Positions 1 through 9,710 of a stretch of DNA of 64,000 bases are shown here, one piece after another. The notes beneath the pieces are model-generated. The model was given only the letters and a program-made list of their open reading frames with translations. It did not search any database and was not told where the DNA came from. Position numbers and translations under genes: made by a program. Positions within the stretch are counted from its first letter, which is position 1. Every line of letters starts with the position of its first letter. This DNA comes from a virus (taxonomy: Duplodnaviria; Heunggongvirae; Uroviricota; Caudoviricetes), in IMG/VR virus record IMGVR_UViG_3300025913_000018; one strand, 5' to 3'.

Positions 1-424
1 GGAGATCGTTGTCGCTCGGAGCGCGAACGATCTTCAGCAGGCACTTCGTCTTCGTTTCGGTCTCGGCGAGGTAGAGGTTCGAGACCTCTCCGCCGCAGTA
101 CTTCTCGATCAGCGTGTAGACGCCGGTCCGAGAACGAAGGATGGCGTCCACCGGAGGCTTCCGCGGCTTCCCGTAGTCCCCGCTCTTGAGAAGCGTATCG
201 GCTTCCTTCCGGAAGGCCAGAAGGCGGTTCATGTAGAACCCGGGATCCTTCAAGGACGGGTTCTTGTCGGGATGGATCATCGACACGAACTCGTTGAAGC
301 GGTGCTTCAGGGCTGCGAGGCGATCGGCGAGGAGAGCGTCCCCGAACGTTCCGAAGATGTCCTCCGGACGATAGGAGGACGCCAGCCGGTCGAGGAGGGT
401 TTTGGTCGAGGTCGCGTCGCTCAC
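1..424 (-). CDS. J-domain (HPD) plus protein-kinase-like fusion, runs off the left edge
   Basis: Manual translation from GTG 424: MSDATSTK...FNEFVSMIHPDKNP...YTLIEKYCGGEVSNLYLAETETKTKCLLKIVRAPSDNDL. HPD motif, then a Gly-loop-like segment and LLK lysine of a kinase N-lobe. Absent from the ORF track. Confidence 0.7.
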   Translation of the reverse strand, partial: MSDATSTKTLLDRLASSYRPEDIFGTFGDALLADRLAALKHRFNEFVSMIHPDKNPSLKDPGFYMNRLLAFRKEADTLLKSGDYGKPRKPPVDAILRSRTGVYTLIEKYCGGEVSNLYLAETETKTKCLLKIVRAPSDNDL

Positions 425-443
425 GAATTGCTCTCCCAAATCC

Positions 444-785
444 TTACGCCCGGTAGTTCGGAAGAGCGCCCGCAACCGTGAGGATCGCCCTCGACACAAT
501 CGCGGTGACTTCTTGGAGCGGATCCAAGACGGTCCTTTGATGGTGCGTCTGGACCCCGAAGGCCCTCGACTCGTCCAGAAGGGCGATACAGTCCCGCGCC
601 ACGAGGACCATCGCTAGGTTCGGCCCCGCCGCCGGGAGGGCCGCGAGCTTACGCAGCTCGGCTTCGCGTTCCGGGGTGACGTAGCCAGCCGGAGAGGTGT
701 CGGTCCAGATCTCGACCTGGAGCGCGCGATCGTTCGAGTCATCTTGGAAGACGCGACTGACCGTCTTCCGTTTCCGCTTCTTCAT
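444..785 (-). CDS. Hypothetical protein
   Basis: ORF; ATG 785 chosen because GCGTAA lies 8 nt upstream. Confidence 0.6.
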   Translation of the reverse strand: MKKRKRKTVSRVFQDDSNDRALQVEIWTDTSPAGYVTPEREAELRKLAALPAAGPNLAMVLVARDCIALLDESRAFGVQTHHQRTVLDPLQEVTAIVSRAILTVAGALPNYRA

Positions 786-866
786 AGCGGTCCTTACGCT
801 GGAACCCTCGCGCAACACTAACCCCTAAGCCGCCTGAAGGAAGGGGCCCCTAGGAGTAATCGACGC

Positions 867-1079
867 GTGACCGCGAAATTGAAGATGGAGTCGGAGTACA
901 TCCACCGGAAGAAGGGGTTCCACGTGATCGTGGGGAGACCCGCCTGGTGGGATTCCGAGCGCGGGGACGAGAAGATCCGAGGACCCATCGTCACCGTGAT
1001 GAGGTGCGGATTGAGCGAGGGCCGCTCGAAGTGGAACATGAGCGAGGCCTCGTTCTTGAAGAACTACAAGGAGGCGTAA
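867..1079 (+). CDS. Hypothetical protein
   Basis: 70 aa ORF ending in GCG-TAA. Confidence 0.5.
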   Translation: MTAKLKMESEYIHRKKGFHVIVGRPAWWDSERGDEKIRGPIVTVMRCGLSEGRSKWNMSEASFLKNYKEA

Positions 1080-1287
1080 TCCAAGACGTGGACCTCCCCC
1101 GACCCCCGCGAATGCTCCGCCCCGTCTTCGTCTTCCCCGGAGTGAGGGAGAAGCTGTTCGTCATCAGCTTCGCGGACGCGGTCGAGAAGCTCGGGGAGGG
1201 TTGGGCTGAGCACCTCCGCCATACGTTCTCTTCTGGCCAGGGATGCGCCGGGGTGTGGGTCCTTCCTCATCCCGACGACGATGGGTC

Positions 1288-1710
1288 ATGATCCCGAGCG
1301 TGAACCGCCTTCGGAAGAGGGTGAAGAAGTGGAACCGGTTCCGGCGCGACCGGTTCGACGAACCATGGGGGACTTCCCTGGCCGCTGTTCTTGAACGCGA
1401 CGAGCCCGACCTGCTCTTCATGCTCGCGGACGAAGACCTCGACCCGACCGGGTACCACGCTGGCAGTCTCCGGTACGAGAAGGCGTGGGGACGACTGATC
1501 GCCGTCATCACCGAGGAACTCGCTCTGATCGCCTCCGAGGAAGCGCGCCAGGCGGCCGTACGCGAGTATCTCTGGTCCGAGAAGGTCGACCCTCTGGACC
1601 TCTCGGAGGACGAGGAAGGACTACTTCCGCTTCCGGCTCTCTCTTCGAACCTCGATCCCCTTCGCGTAGAGGTCGGTGGTCGTGTAGTTGAAGTAGGTCA
1701 ACGCAAGTAG
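1288..1710 (+). CDS. Hypothetical protein
   Basis: Protein-like composition; 3' end overlaps the convergent gene. Confidence 0.5.
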   Translation: MIPSVNRLRKRVKKWNRFRRDRFDEPWGTSLAAVLERDEPDLLFMLADEDLDPTGYHAGSLRYEKAWGRLIAVITEELALIASEEARQAAVREYLWSEKVDPLDLSEDEEGLLPLPALSSNLDPLRVEVGGRVVEVGQRK

Positions 1711-2361
1711 CTCTCGAAAAGCGACACAGGCGTCGATCATAGGCCGATTCGCTTCCAGCCTTTCCCGAAGGACCTCGACAGGGGTCGTGTAGTCCTTGGC
1801 GAAGGGCTCGATCTGCTTCCGGATCTCGTAAGCGTGCGAGAGGGCTACCTTCCACGCGATGATCTCTCCTGAGTCCTCCAGGAAACGAATCGCCTCCCCG
1901 TTCGCTCCGCAATCGTGAAGCCAGATCTGGTCCGGATCGATCTTCGAAAGATCCAGCTTCGAAGGGGAAGACCCGTTGAACATCCGGCTCGTGTTGATCT
2001 CGTTCCCACAGTAGAGAGTGGTGATGAAGAACTGATCGACTTCCTCGTTGGGGATGATCTCGATACGAACCGACTTCTCGTCGATGAAGTGGAAGTAGCC
2101 GTGGGGCGTACGACCCATGCTTCCGAACACGAACCAATTGCTCGCGAGGTGGTATTCGGTATCCTGATCCTCCAGAGTGATGTTCTGGGAGATCTGATTC
2201 GGTTCCCCGTCCGGACGCTTCGCCACATCCTGAGTACAACCACAACCCCCGCGGTCCTCGTGGTCGGAGACCTCTTCGGGAGAAGACTCGGTCCATCGAA
2301 GGGTCTGGAGGGGTCCCTTGAAGAAGGAGTGGCGTTCCACCTTGAGGATCCGCTGGGTCAT
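1621..2361 (-). CDS. Hypothetical protein
   Basis: 246 aa ORF, GCGTAA 8 nt before ATG. Confidence 0.7.
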   Translation of the reverse strand: MTQRILKVERHSFFKGPLQTLRWTESSPEEVSDHEDRGGCGCTQDVAKRPDGEPNQISQNITLEDQDTEYHLASNWFVFGSMGRTPHGYFHFIDEKSVRIEIIPNEEVDQFFITTLYCGNEINTSRMFNGSSPSKLDLSKIDPDQIWLHDCGANGEAIRFLEDSGEIIAWKVALSHAYEIRKQIEPFAKDYTTPVEVLRERLEANRPMIDACVAFRELLALTYFNYTTTDLYAKGIEVRRESRKRK

Positions 2362-2369
2362 GTAGGGTC

Positions 2370-2385
2370 TTACGCCTGGGCGTAA
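2370..2385. promoter_or_regulatory. Divergent class II element TTACGC-CTGG-GCGTAA
   Basis: Palindrome between divergent genes. Confidence 0.6.
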
Positions 2386-2620
2386 GTCGCGAGCCTCTTC
2401 GACGGGTACGATTGTGTACCCAAGTCTTGGAGATCGAGAGATCTTCGATGAGCCCTACTCAGAAGCCATGCCACACCGTATCGTTCGCCGCCTCGCTACT
2501 CGATTGCTCACCCTCGTCGCCCGGAGGCGCCGGAAGGCCGATCCTTCCTTCGACTGGTTCTGGACCGGTCGGGAAGAGTCCGCCGACGAGCATCCGCTCT
2601 GGATCGGGTGAGGTTCGGTC

Positions 2621-2929
2621 GTGAAGAAGAAGGTCCGCGACGAGACCTGGACGGAGCTGTCTTCGATGTTGGGAACGACCGAGAGAAGGAAGCCGTCCGA
2701 GGGGGACTGGGTCAGCGTGACCGGGACGGACGGGAAGGTCTACCTCGGGAAGGTCATTCACCCGTGGGTCATGGAAGACGGGTCACACGTCCCGAGTGAG
2801 GCCGTGAAGCTCACCGTCTCCGCAGTCGGGAAGGAGCACCAGGTTGAGGTCGTCCCCCATCGCGACTTCGCCGAGGCCTCGGTCCTCACCTACTGGTTCT
2901 GGCCCGGCGAGAAGATGAAGGGGGCGTAA
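2621..2929 (+). CDS. Hypothetical protein with SH3-like beta segment
   Basis: GDWVSVTGTDGKVYLGKVI; ends GCG-TAA. Confidence 0.6.
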   Translation: MKKKVRDETWTELSSMLGTTERRKPSEGDWVSVTGTDGKVYLGKVIHPWVMEDGSHVPSEAVKLTVSAVGKEHQVEVVPHRDFAEASVLTYWFWPGEKMKGA

Positions 2930-2939
2930 GGCTCCCACT

Positions 2940-3383
2940 ATGACCGAGTACACGAACGAGTCCGAGAGAGCCTTCCACGAACTTCGCCCAGCGAAGGTCG
3001 GTCTCTTCCAGGTGGCTGACCTCCTGAAGACGGTCGTAGAGCGATTCCAGAAAAAGGAACCGCTCCCCTACGATCTCGACCTGGCCCTACTGACCGTTCA
3101 GACCGCCCTCGTCCACCTCGCTCGGGCGCGATCGCTCTTCGCGAAGGAGGCCGGTCTCCCGAGGTACGTCGAGGTCGAGAAGCCCACCGGGCCGGTCCTC
3201 GTCATCCACTACAGCTACGACCTCTCCAGCGACAGTTCCGGAGCCGACGTCTTCGCCGAGAGGACGATGGAAGCGGCCCAAGAGTCGGTTCGGTCTCGCG
3301 GATGGGGTATGAACGCCTGTACCTTCATCCCGTACTCCGAGACAGGGAAGATCGGTCCTCTCGCAAAGGAAAAGGACCTGTGA
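2940..3383 (+). CDS. Hypothetical protein
   Basis: 147 aa ORF in plus-strand run. Confidence 0.65.
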   Translation: MTEYTNESERAFHELRPAKVGLFQVADLLKTVVERFQKKEPLPYDLDLALLTVQTALVHLARARSLFAKEAGLPRYVEVEKPTGPVLVIHYSYDLSSDSSGADVFAERTMEAAQESVRSRGWGMNACTFIPYSETGKIGPLAKEKDL

Positions 3384-3782
3384 GGTACGAGCTTCCGATC
3401 CTGATCGCAAAGGCTCTCATGGTGGTGACGTGGATGGTGGCTTCCACGTACATCCTCTTCCATCTTCCCTGAGTCGTTCAGAGGCCTGGTTCGCTACGAC
3501 CCGTCGGGTACCTCAATCGCTTCCCAGGTGAGGTCGAGGCCTCCCGCCTTCAGGTCAAGCCCACGTTCTCTGATCTCCCTCGCGGCTCGATCGTCGGCGA
3601 CAATCGTAACGGAGGTGTCAAGGAGAAGACGGGAGACGTCCTGGTCTACTGGGATTGGGATGCGAAGGGTCTCGTACGTGGTGTTCAAGAGGTCCGAGAA
3701 AGATCGGGCTTTCCCTTCGTCCTGAAAGACGCGGACAGGCCACGAAGAATAGAACTCTCGACCCATGACTACCCAAGACATA

Positions 3783-4070
3783 TCAGACGAGACGGACGAG
3801 CGCCTTCACACTGATCGTCTCTGTCCGAAACTCCTGGTTCCGATCGAACCAGGAGCACTTCGCAGTAGCGAGATGGCGAGCATCGGTAGAGATCGACTCC
3901 ACGGTCATCTCGACCGGGGAGGCGACCCTCTGACTCCCGATGGGGACTTCGACTTGTCCTCGATCCGACTTCAGCTTGACCAAGTCCCCGGGCTGGATCT
4001 CACGATCCGGACCCTTCTTCGGGGCGAGCTTCTTCGGGGCTGACACGGACCGGGTCTTCTGAGTCTTCAT
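3783..4070 (-). CDS. YodC/DUF2158-like small beta-barrel protein
   Basis: GDLVKLKS...MTVESI...CSWFD...ETISVKAL pattern. Confidence 0.65.
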   Translation of the reverse strand: MKTQKTRSVSAPKKLAPKKGPDREIQPGDLVKLKSDRGQVEVPIGSQRVASPVEMTVESISTDARHLATAKCSWFDRNQEFRTETISVKALVRLV

Positions 4071-4091
4071 GGGGGAACCTCCGCGGGGACC

Positions 4092-4304
4092 CTACCCTCT
4101 GGATCCCTGTCCCCGAGAACCTTCTGCAGCGCGCGCGTCGAGATCGCGATCCGACGGGTCGTCCGTCCAGTAGAAGGGCTTCTCGTAGACCTTCCGGACC
4201 GTAGCGGGGTCGTGCTTGTCGCACGCTCCCAAGTGCCCGTAGGGCTGGCGACAGAACAACTCGAACCCGCTTCGCCCCACCGCCACAACCTTAGCACAAT
4301 TCAT
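4092..4304 (-). CDS. Small protein with C..CxxxxGHxGxC motif
   Basis: CAKVV...CRQPYGHLGAC. Confidence 0.55.
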   Translation of the reverse strand: MNCAKVVAVGRSGFELFCRQPYGHLGACDKHDPATVRKVYEKPFYWTDDPSDRDLDARAAEGSRGQGSRG

Positions 4305-4316
4305 CGGAGGACCTCG

Positions 4317-4862
4317 TTAGGATCGAAGGAACTTCTCGACCTGTTCGAGACGCTCTTCGTGGGAGGGGCTGGTTAGCCAAAGAACCGGAGCGGAACGAAT
4401 GTGCTGTCCGATCAGAGAGATCAGGAGGCGCTCGTATTCGAGGTGGTACTTCAGCTCGGGAACTCTTGCGGGGTCGTTCCCCACATGATGGAAGGCGGAG
4501 ATCGGACAGAACACGATGTGGGTGTGGATGCGGCTCGCGTCCCGGATGGACTGGATGAAGACGGGGCTCGCTGTCTCCGGGGCGTGGGTCATCGCGTAGG
4601 CGAGGTTGTCGATGTACGCGCGGTCCGTCACGAAGTTCTGTCGTTCGAGTTCCCATTCGAGCTTCGAGCTGAGAAGACGGCGCTGGAACTCCACCCGTCT
4701 ACCGGCCGCGTCTACATCGTAGGGGTTGTTGAACCCCATGTCTTTCGCGACGCTCCTCGATCCCACCGGACAGAACGGAATGGAGAGGTGTTCCGCTACG
4801 TGGGAAGCGATCGTGGACTTTCCGGTCCCAGAAGCGCCAGTGAGAGCTAGTCGAATCATCAT
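4317..4862 (-). CDS. AAA_28 / NadR-like P-loop nucleotide kinase
   Basis: N-terminal LTGASGTGKST Walker A and VTDRAYIDNLAY (DR motif). Confidence 0.8.
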   Translation of the reverse strand: MMIRLALTGASGTGKSTIASHVAEHLSIPFCPVGSRSVAKDMGFNNPYDVDAAGRRVEFQRRLLSSKLEWELERQNFVTDRAYIDNLAYAMTHAPETASPVFIQSIRDASRIHTHIVFCPISAFHHVGNDPARVPELKYHLEYERLLISLIGQHIRSAPVLWLTSPSHEERLEQVEKFLRS

Positions 4863-5251
4863 CCCTCGGGAACGAGCTGCGTAGAGATCAAGTCCTCAGG
4901 GACGAGAACGAAAGAACCGGGAGGGATCGCGGGAGTGGAATGGAGCGTCGCCCCGAGAAGGAGCGTCTCGTAGGACCCGTCGGGAAGCTGTCTCTGATCC
5001 ACGAGCGGCAGTCCGACCGAACGGAGATACGCGTAGGCGTCCGGAGGGACGTAGATCGACTCCACATCCACTCCGTGGACCTCGATCTGAGCGAAGGCCT
5101 CAGCGATTCCGATCACAGTGGGGTCGTGGCGACCGTCGGAGATGTTCCGGTTGTAGAACGGAGGGCGGCTGAGGAAGCCGATTCCTCGTGAGGGCGGGAG
5201 AGGCCCGAGCCCGAACACGAGATGGGTAGATCCCGAGACGACTTTCTTCAC
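4859..5251 (-). CDS. Hypothetical protein
   Basis: 130 aa ORF coupled to the kinase gene. Confidence 0.55.
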   Translation of the reverse strand: MKKVVSGSTHLVFGLGPLPPSRGIGFLSRPPFYNRNISDGRHDPTVIGIAEAFAQIEVHGVDVESIYVPPDAYAYLRSVGLPLVDQRQLPDGSYETLLLGATLHSTPAIPPGSFVLVPEDLISTQLVPEG

Positions 5252-5279
5252 AAACTGACCTTACCTGGTTCAGAAAGGG

Positions 5280-5293
5280 TTACTCCCGCGTAA
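5280..5293. promoter_or_regulatory. Divergent class II element TTACTC-CC-GCGTAA
   Basis: Between divergent genes; GCGTAA is 10 nt before ATG 5304. Confidence 0.5.
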
Positions 5294-5303
5294 CGTCCTC
5301 TCG

Positions 5304-5552
5304 ATGAAGCTTCGAACCTTGGTCTTGGTGGTCTTCCTCACAGCCGTAGCGATCACTTGTATCCTGGTGTGGGCTCGGACTCCGACTCGAATGCCTGATA
5401 CAATTCCAGGAAATCGAGGAGGAGAACACCGCCTCTTCTGCGACGCCTACTGCCAGAGCGGACACTCCACCCTTCTTCAGTTCGAATCGACGGACTACGG
5501 GACGAGCGTTCGGTGCGTCTGCGCTGTACTGGATTCCGCCGACCCAGATTGA
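5304..5552 (+). CDS. Small membrane-anchored Cys-containing protein
   Basis: N-terminal hydrophobic helix, CDAYC and CVC. Confidence 0.6.
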   Translation: MKLRTLVLVVFLTAVAITCILVWARTPTRMPDTIPGNRGGEHRLFCDAYCQSGHSTLLQFESTDYGTSVRCVCAVLDSADPD

Positions 5553-5554
5553 GG

Positions 5555-5917
5555 CTAGGCGCCCGAGCGCTTACGGTCCAGCTCCTCTTCCAACTCCCGA
5601 ACCGTGAGGCCGTAGAGGGGCGCCGGCTCTCCGGAAACCGCATCTACGATTCGGATCTCGCCTAGCTCGTCGACCTGCTCCGGCCGAACCCCCGTGAGGA
5701 TGGAGACGATGCTGGGGATGGAAGAGCGGAGAACGGCCTTCTGCTCTTCCGGCTCGGAGTAGGCGAGCGTAATCCGGGGAGCCCGTCGGGCTGGACCGAA
5801 ACGAGACTCCAATTGAGCCACGACCGCCTCTCTCTTTTCGAGCGCATAAGTCGCCAGCTCTCGGCTAGCGGTTCGGAGGACTACGATCGGTTCGTTCGGA
5901 GGGACCGGTTCGCTCAT
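5555..5917 (-). CDS. Hypothetical protein (start reassigned to 5917)
   Basis: C-terminal half of track ORF; forms a divergent pair with 5951 across GTACCC-GA-GCGTAA. Confidence 0.55.
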   Translation of the reverse strand: MSEPVPPNEPIVVLRTASRELATYALEKREAVVAQLESRFGPARRAPRITLAYSEPEEQKAVLRSSIPSIVSILTGVRPEQVDELGEIRIVDAVSGEPAPLYGLTVRELEEELDRKRSGA

Positions 5918-5950
5918 GGTGAACAGTACCCGAGCGTAAAGTCCTCGGAA

Positions 5951-6382
5951 ATGCTTTCGGAACGAGAGTGTCGGAGGATCCTCGCTCGTCAGACCCCAAG
6001 GACGAGTGTCTACATCCTCGCCTACTACCAATCCGAAGAACACGTTCTGTACGACTTCGGTCGAGGGAAAACGATCGTCCACAGCACGAACATCGGCGGT
6101 CTGATCTCGGTAGAGGACGGTCGGTTCAGCGTTCGACCCGACGCGGTTTCGAAGGGTCGACCTTTCACCACCCTCTCCTGTTGGAGATGTACGAAGGGGT
6201 GGGAGAACCTCAGCTTCAATTGGGACGACGATGTACCCCAATTCGATCGCTACCCCCTCTGCGAGAAGTGTCGAGGGTTCTCCTTGGGGAAGGGTCTCGG
6301 ATGGAAGGGGCGGGCGCTTCTGTGGTGGAAGCGTCGCCATCGCTCGAAGCAGAAAGTCCTTCCCTCCGGCCCGTACCGGTGA
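5951..6382 (+). CDS. Hypothetical protein with two CxxC pairs
   Basis: CWRC and CEKC; ATG 5951 follows GCGTAA. Confidence 0.6.
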   Translation: MLSERECRRILARQTPRTSVYILAYYQSEEHVLYDFGRGKTIVHSTNIGGLISVEDGRFSVRPDAVSKGRPFTTLSCWRCTKGWENLSFNWDDDVPQFDRYPLCEKCRGFSLGKGLGWKGRALLWWKRRHRSKQKVLPSGPYR

Positions 6383-6806
6383 CCGACGGCGTAAGTCAAG
6401 CCATGGCTCTCACGGAACACGAAGCGCACCAATTCAAGGTCGACCTCCACGGGGTATCGGACATGAAGGACGAGATCGAGTCCTTCGTGAAGCGAGAGGA
6501 CTGGTCGAGCGCCCTCCACTGTGCTCAGATCCTCACCGACCTCGCGAACCGACTCCGGGCGAAGATCGAGGAGAAGACCCCCGAGCGGCGATGAAGAGGC
6601 GAACGGTAGTCTACACCACCTTCTGGACGAAGAGGGGGATGGTAGAGGGACCCTCCTTTCGCTCCGTCGTCGAAGCCGAGCGGGCTTGCCTGAAGGCTCT
6701 CGCGGAGGGGTCCGTGAAGGTTCGCTACTGGATCTTCGACTCCCATCGGGGAGAGATTCGGAAGATCTACACCAAGAAGAAGCCCTTCTGGCATGACGAG
6801 TAGTCG

Positions 6807-7409
6807 ATGATCCGAAGGTCCATACACCAGTCCTGCATAGACTGGAAAGCCGTTCGGGATTGGGAGAAAGCTATCCCGGAGACCCGGCGCGAAGAGATAC
6901 ACTCGATCGCCGAAGGTTGGATCAAGAAGCTCGACCCGAGCTATCGGATCGACTGGTCGCCCTCTCCTGGATATCCGTACTCGTGGGACGGATCCGGGCT
7001 CCTTCGAATGGGGACCCAGAAGACTATCCTGGCCCTCCACGACATCGGCCACATCTACTACAGCCCCGCAGATCGACGTCGAGAACCGGAGTTCGGTCTG
7101 GGGGCTGACCCCTACCATGCTTCGAGGGCTCCGATCACCGCCTCACGGAAGAGGATGTGGTGGGAGGAACTCACGACCTGCCACTTGAACTGGGCGATGG
7201 CGGCCTACCTCGAAGGAATCAACGGAGGAGACCTCATCGCCTCCGAGACCAACTGCGAGGAGAGCGCCCCCTACGCGCTCTCTGACGCGGGCCTTCTTCG
7301 CTTCGCTCGGATCTTCGACGTCCCCGACTTTCTCCCGAAGGTGAAGGCCGTTCGGGAACAGGTCCGAAAGCGGAACCTCGATCATCGCTGGCGGAGACCG
7401 AAGACCTAG
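6807..7409 (+). CDS. HExxH-like (HDIGH) metallo-fold protein, loosely EpmC/YfcM-like
   Basis: ALHDIGHIYYSPADRRREPEFGLG with downstream EE. Confidence 0.45.
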   Translation: MIRRSIHQSCIDWKAVRDWEKAIPETRREEIHSIAEGWIKKLDPSYRIDWSPSPGYPYSWDGSGLLRMGTQKTILALHDIGHIYYSPADRRREPEFGLGADPYHASRAPITASRKRMWWEELTTCHLNWAMAAYLEGINGGDLIASETNCEESAPYALSDAGLLRFARIFDVPDFLPKVKAVREQVRKRNLDHRWRRPKT

Positions 7410-7465
7410 GCGTTTTTCCGTCTACCGACGCCTAGCGTAAGGTTCCCCCCTCGAAGGACGAGACC

Positions 7466-7852
7466 GTGAGTAAATTGCTTTTCGAAACAGCCGCCCGTAT
7501 CCGTTCGATCCGTCGCGTTCGAGCAATCGAAGAGTTCGAGGGAGACATCCTCGCGGAGCTTCGTACTCCGAACGGGGACACCTACGTGGAGAAGTGGTGC
7601 TCGTACGAGAAGGACGGCTCGGTCCGTACTCTGATCGTGAGGACCACGAAGGAAGCGATCGCTGAGTACGAAGCGGGAACGCTGTCGATGCTGAGTCTTC
7701 TCGTCGACTCGAACGAGAACCGAGGGATCTTGGCCGACTGGAAGTCCGGGACGCTCGAACGCTTCGAATCCGTAGAGGTCTCGTCGATGCGTCCCTCCTA
7801 CCTCCCCGATCCTTCTGCGGTACACGACCCATCTCTTCGCCCGAAGGTGTAA
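7466..7852 (+). CDS. Hypothetical protein
   Basis: 128 aa; ends GTG-TAA, the upstream hexamer of the next class I motif. Confidence 0.65.
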   Translation: MSKLLFETAARIRSIRRVRAIEEFEGDILAELRTPNGDTYVEKWCSYEKDGSVRTLIVRTTKEAIAEYEAGTLSMLSLLVDSNENRGILADWKSGTLERFESVEVSSMRPSYLPDPSAVHDPSLRPKV

Positions 7853-7874
7853 GGACCGGGGCTTCGTCCGTTAC
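7847..7874 (+). promoter_or_regulatory. Class I motif GTGTAA-N16-CGTTAC
   Basis: Exact motif before ATG 7884. Confidence 0.7.
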
Positions 7875-7883
7875 ACTACGGCC

Positions 7884-8255
7884 ATGACCACGACCTACAT
7901 CCTCCTTCGGAAGATCCTCCGAGACCGGACCGAACTTCCGCTGATGGCTTTCTCGTCGCGCGAGCGGGCCGAGGAAGTCCTCGCCGAGTTCGTCGGTCTC
8001 CTTCGAACGAGGAGCGACGAGGCGCGGAGGATGCAGAACGCGGGGATCCCTCCGTCCCCCACCGCCCCCGGCCTCACGAAGGCGGAATCCGAGGCCCGGA
8101 AGGCTCCCTACGAGGCGTGGTGGGAGACCTACCACAAGCTCTGGTCCGACGCAGATCGGGGCGCCCGAGCCCTCGGGGAGCCCGCTCTCCTGGCCGATGA
8201 GTATCGTATGGTCGAGGTACCGCTCCATGACCTTCCCTCATCACCCCGGACCTGA
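7884..8255 (+). CDS. Hypothetical protein
   Basis: 123 aa after class I motif. Confidence 0.65.
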   Translation: MTTTYILLRKILRDRTELPLMAFSSRERAEEVLAEFVGLLRTRSDEARRMQNAGIPPSPTAPGLTKAESEARKAPYEAWWETYHKLWSDADRGARALGEPALLADEYRMVEVPLHDLPSSPRT

Positions 8256-9245
8256 ATGTTCGTGCGGCTCGTGTACGAAGGTCGCCGAGGAAGCGGTGGC
8301 CAGCGTCTACCACCTCGTGAGCGCGGCCCTCACAGTTGGAAGCGTCGGCCTTTTCCTTGGTCTGATCTGGCTCCTCTGGAGAGCGCTCGCCGAGTAAGTA
8401 GGGGGTGATCACCCATCCCTATCGCGGCTCCAAGTACGGGATCCCCTTCTGTACCGAATGCGGAGTTCGGTCCCAGCGCTTCGCCCCTAGCGGAGTCCCG
8501 ATGCTGTGGTGCAGGAAATGCGCCCAGGCCTACGAGCAGGTCCTCTCCGATTCCCTAACCGACGCGCTCAGTAGAAAGCGCCAGGGTACGGAGTCGTCTG
8601 AACCCATGCCTCTCGACCCCACGCTCGAAGCTGGTTGAGACGCGGCTCGATGTAGAGCTGACGGACGTACTTCTCGTACCAGTCCGAGGAGTGGGAGACC
8701 TCGAACGTCCGATCGTACAGAACGTCTTCCGGACGCCCTAGGTAGTCCCCCCGCTCGATCGCTTGAGGGCTCGGGCGGTAGTAGACGTAGTGGTACGTGC
8801 TCATTGGTCTCGGTTGATCTTTCTTGACGTGAAGTCGTGGAACTCGAAGGTCCGACGGATCGGGGCGAGGCCGATCGCGGGGTGGGCGATGCAGTTGTGC
8901 ACGAACCACCAGAAGTGATGAGGTAGGGCGGACCCGGTCTCCCGCTTCCACTTCTCGATACGAACTTCGAAGCGACCGTAGGAGGTCGAGAGACGCTTCT
9001 TCATCGCCTCACGTTCGTCACGATCTTTGTACATCCGAGCCAACTGATCCTGGTCCCACATGGCTACCTCATCCCCGCGGTTCGATCTCGAAGCGCGTCT
9101 CGACGAGCAGTATGGACACCCGTGATCTTCACCCCGTCCTTCTTCACGATGACGCACGAGGCTCGGGGAAGAGCGCCGCAGGAAGGACACTCGATCTCGA
9201 TCACGCACCGCATCCAGAGGTTCTCCGGAGCCTTCAGCTCAGCCA

Positions 9246-9710
9246 TCATGTTCCCGTCCTCGTCCTCAGGACCCGTCTCTGAAGGTTCGGGTCCCAATCC
9301 GTTTCCCGATACAGGCGATTCAGGTCTTCCGAGGCCCCCTCGGTTCCGGCCGGAACTCGCTTCCACCACGGGTTCTGGTTAGGCTGCTCCACGCACCAGA
9401 ACCCGAACTCTCGGCACTCCGCGGTGCCTGGGTACTCTCCGCTCCAAGGCACTCGCCGGCTTCCCCACTTCGCGTCCCAGACCTCAAACATCTCCTCGGT
9501 CGGTCCGCTCATGTAGATTTCGGGATAAGTCTCCCTCATCGTCAACTGGTCGATCCCATTCTCCTCGTAGATGCACCCGCAAGAGATGTTCTGACCCCCG
9601 CACTTCGGGCACCGCTCCACGTCGCACCCCTCGACGTGAAGGGCTCCGGGAGCTGCGTCGCAATCTCCGCAGTTTCGAAGCTCGCGAGATCCGTCTGGTT
9701 GGCGATTCAT
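9246..9710 (-). CDS. Cys/His-rich phage protein
   Basis: CGDCDAAPGALHVEGCDVERCPKCGGQNISCGC; GCGTAA 7 nt before ATG. Confidence 0.7.
   Translation of the reverse strand: MNRQPDGSRELRNCGDCDAAPGALHVEGCDVERCPKCGGQNISCGCIYEENGIDQLTMRETYPEIYMSGPTEEMFEVWDAKWGSRRVPWSGEYPGTAECREFGFWCVEQPNQNPWWKRVPAGTEGASEDLNRLYRETDWDPNLQRRVLRTRTGT

Noticed and set aside
4859-5251. Capsid or encapsulin fragment
   Set aside because: Only vague similarity; no diagnostic motif.
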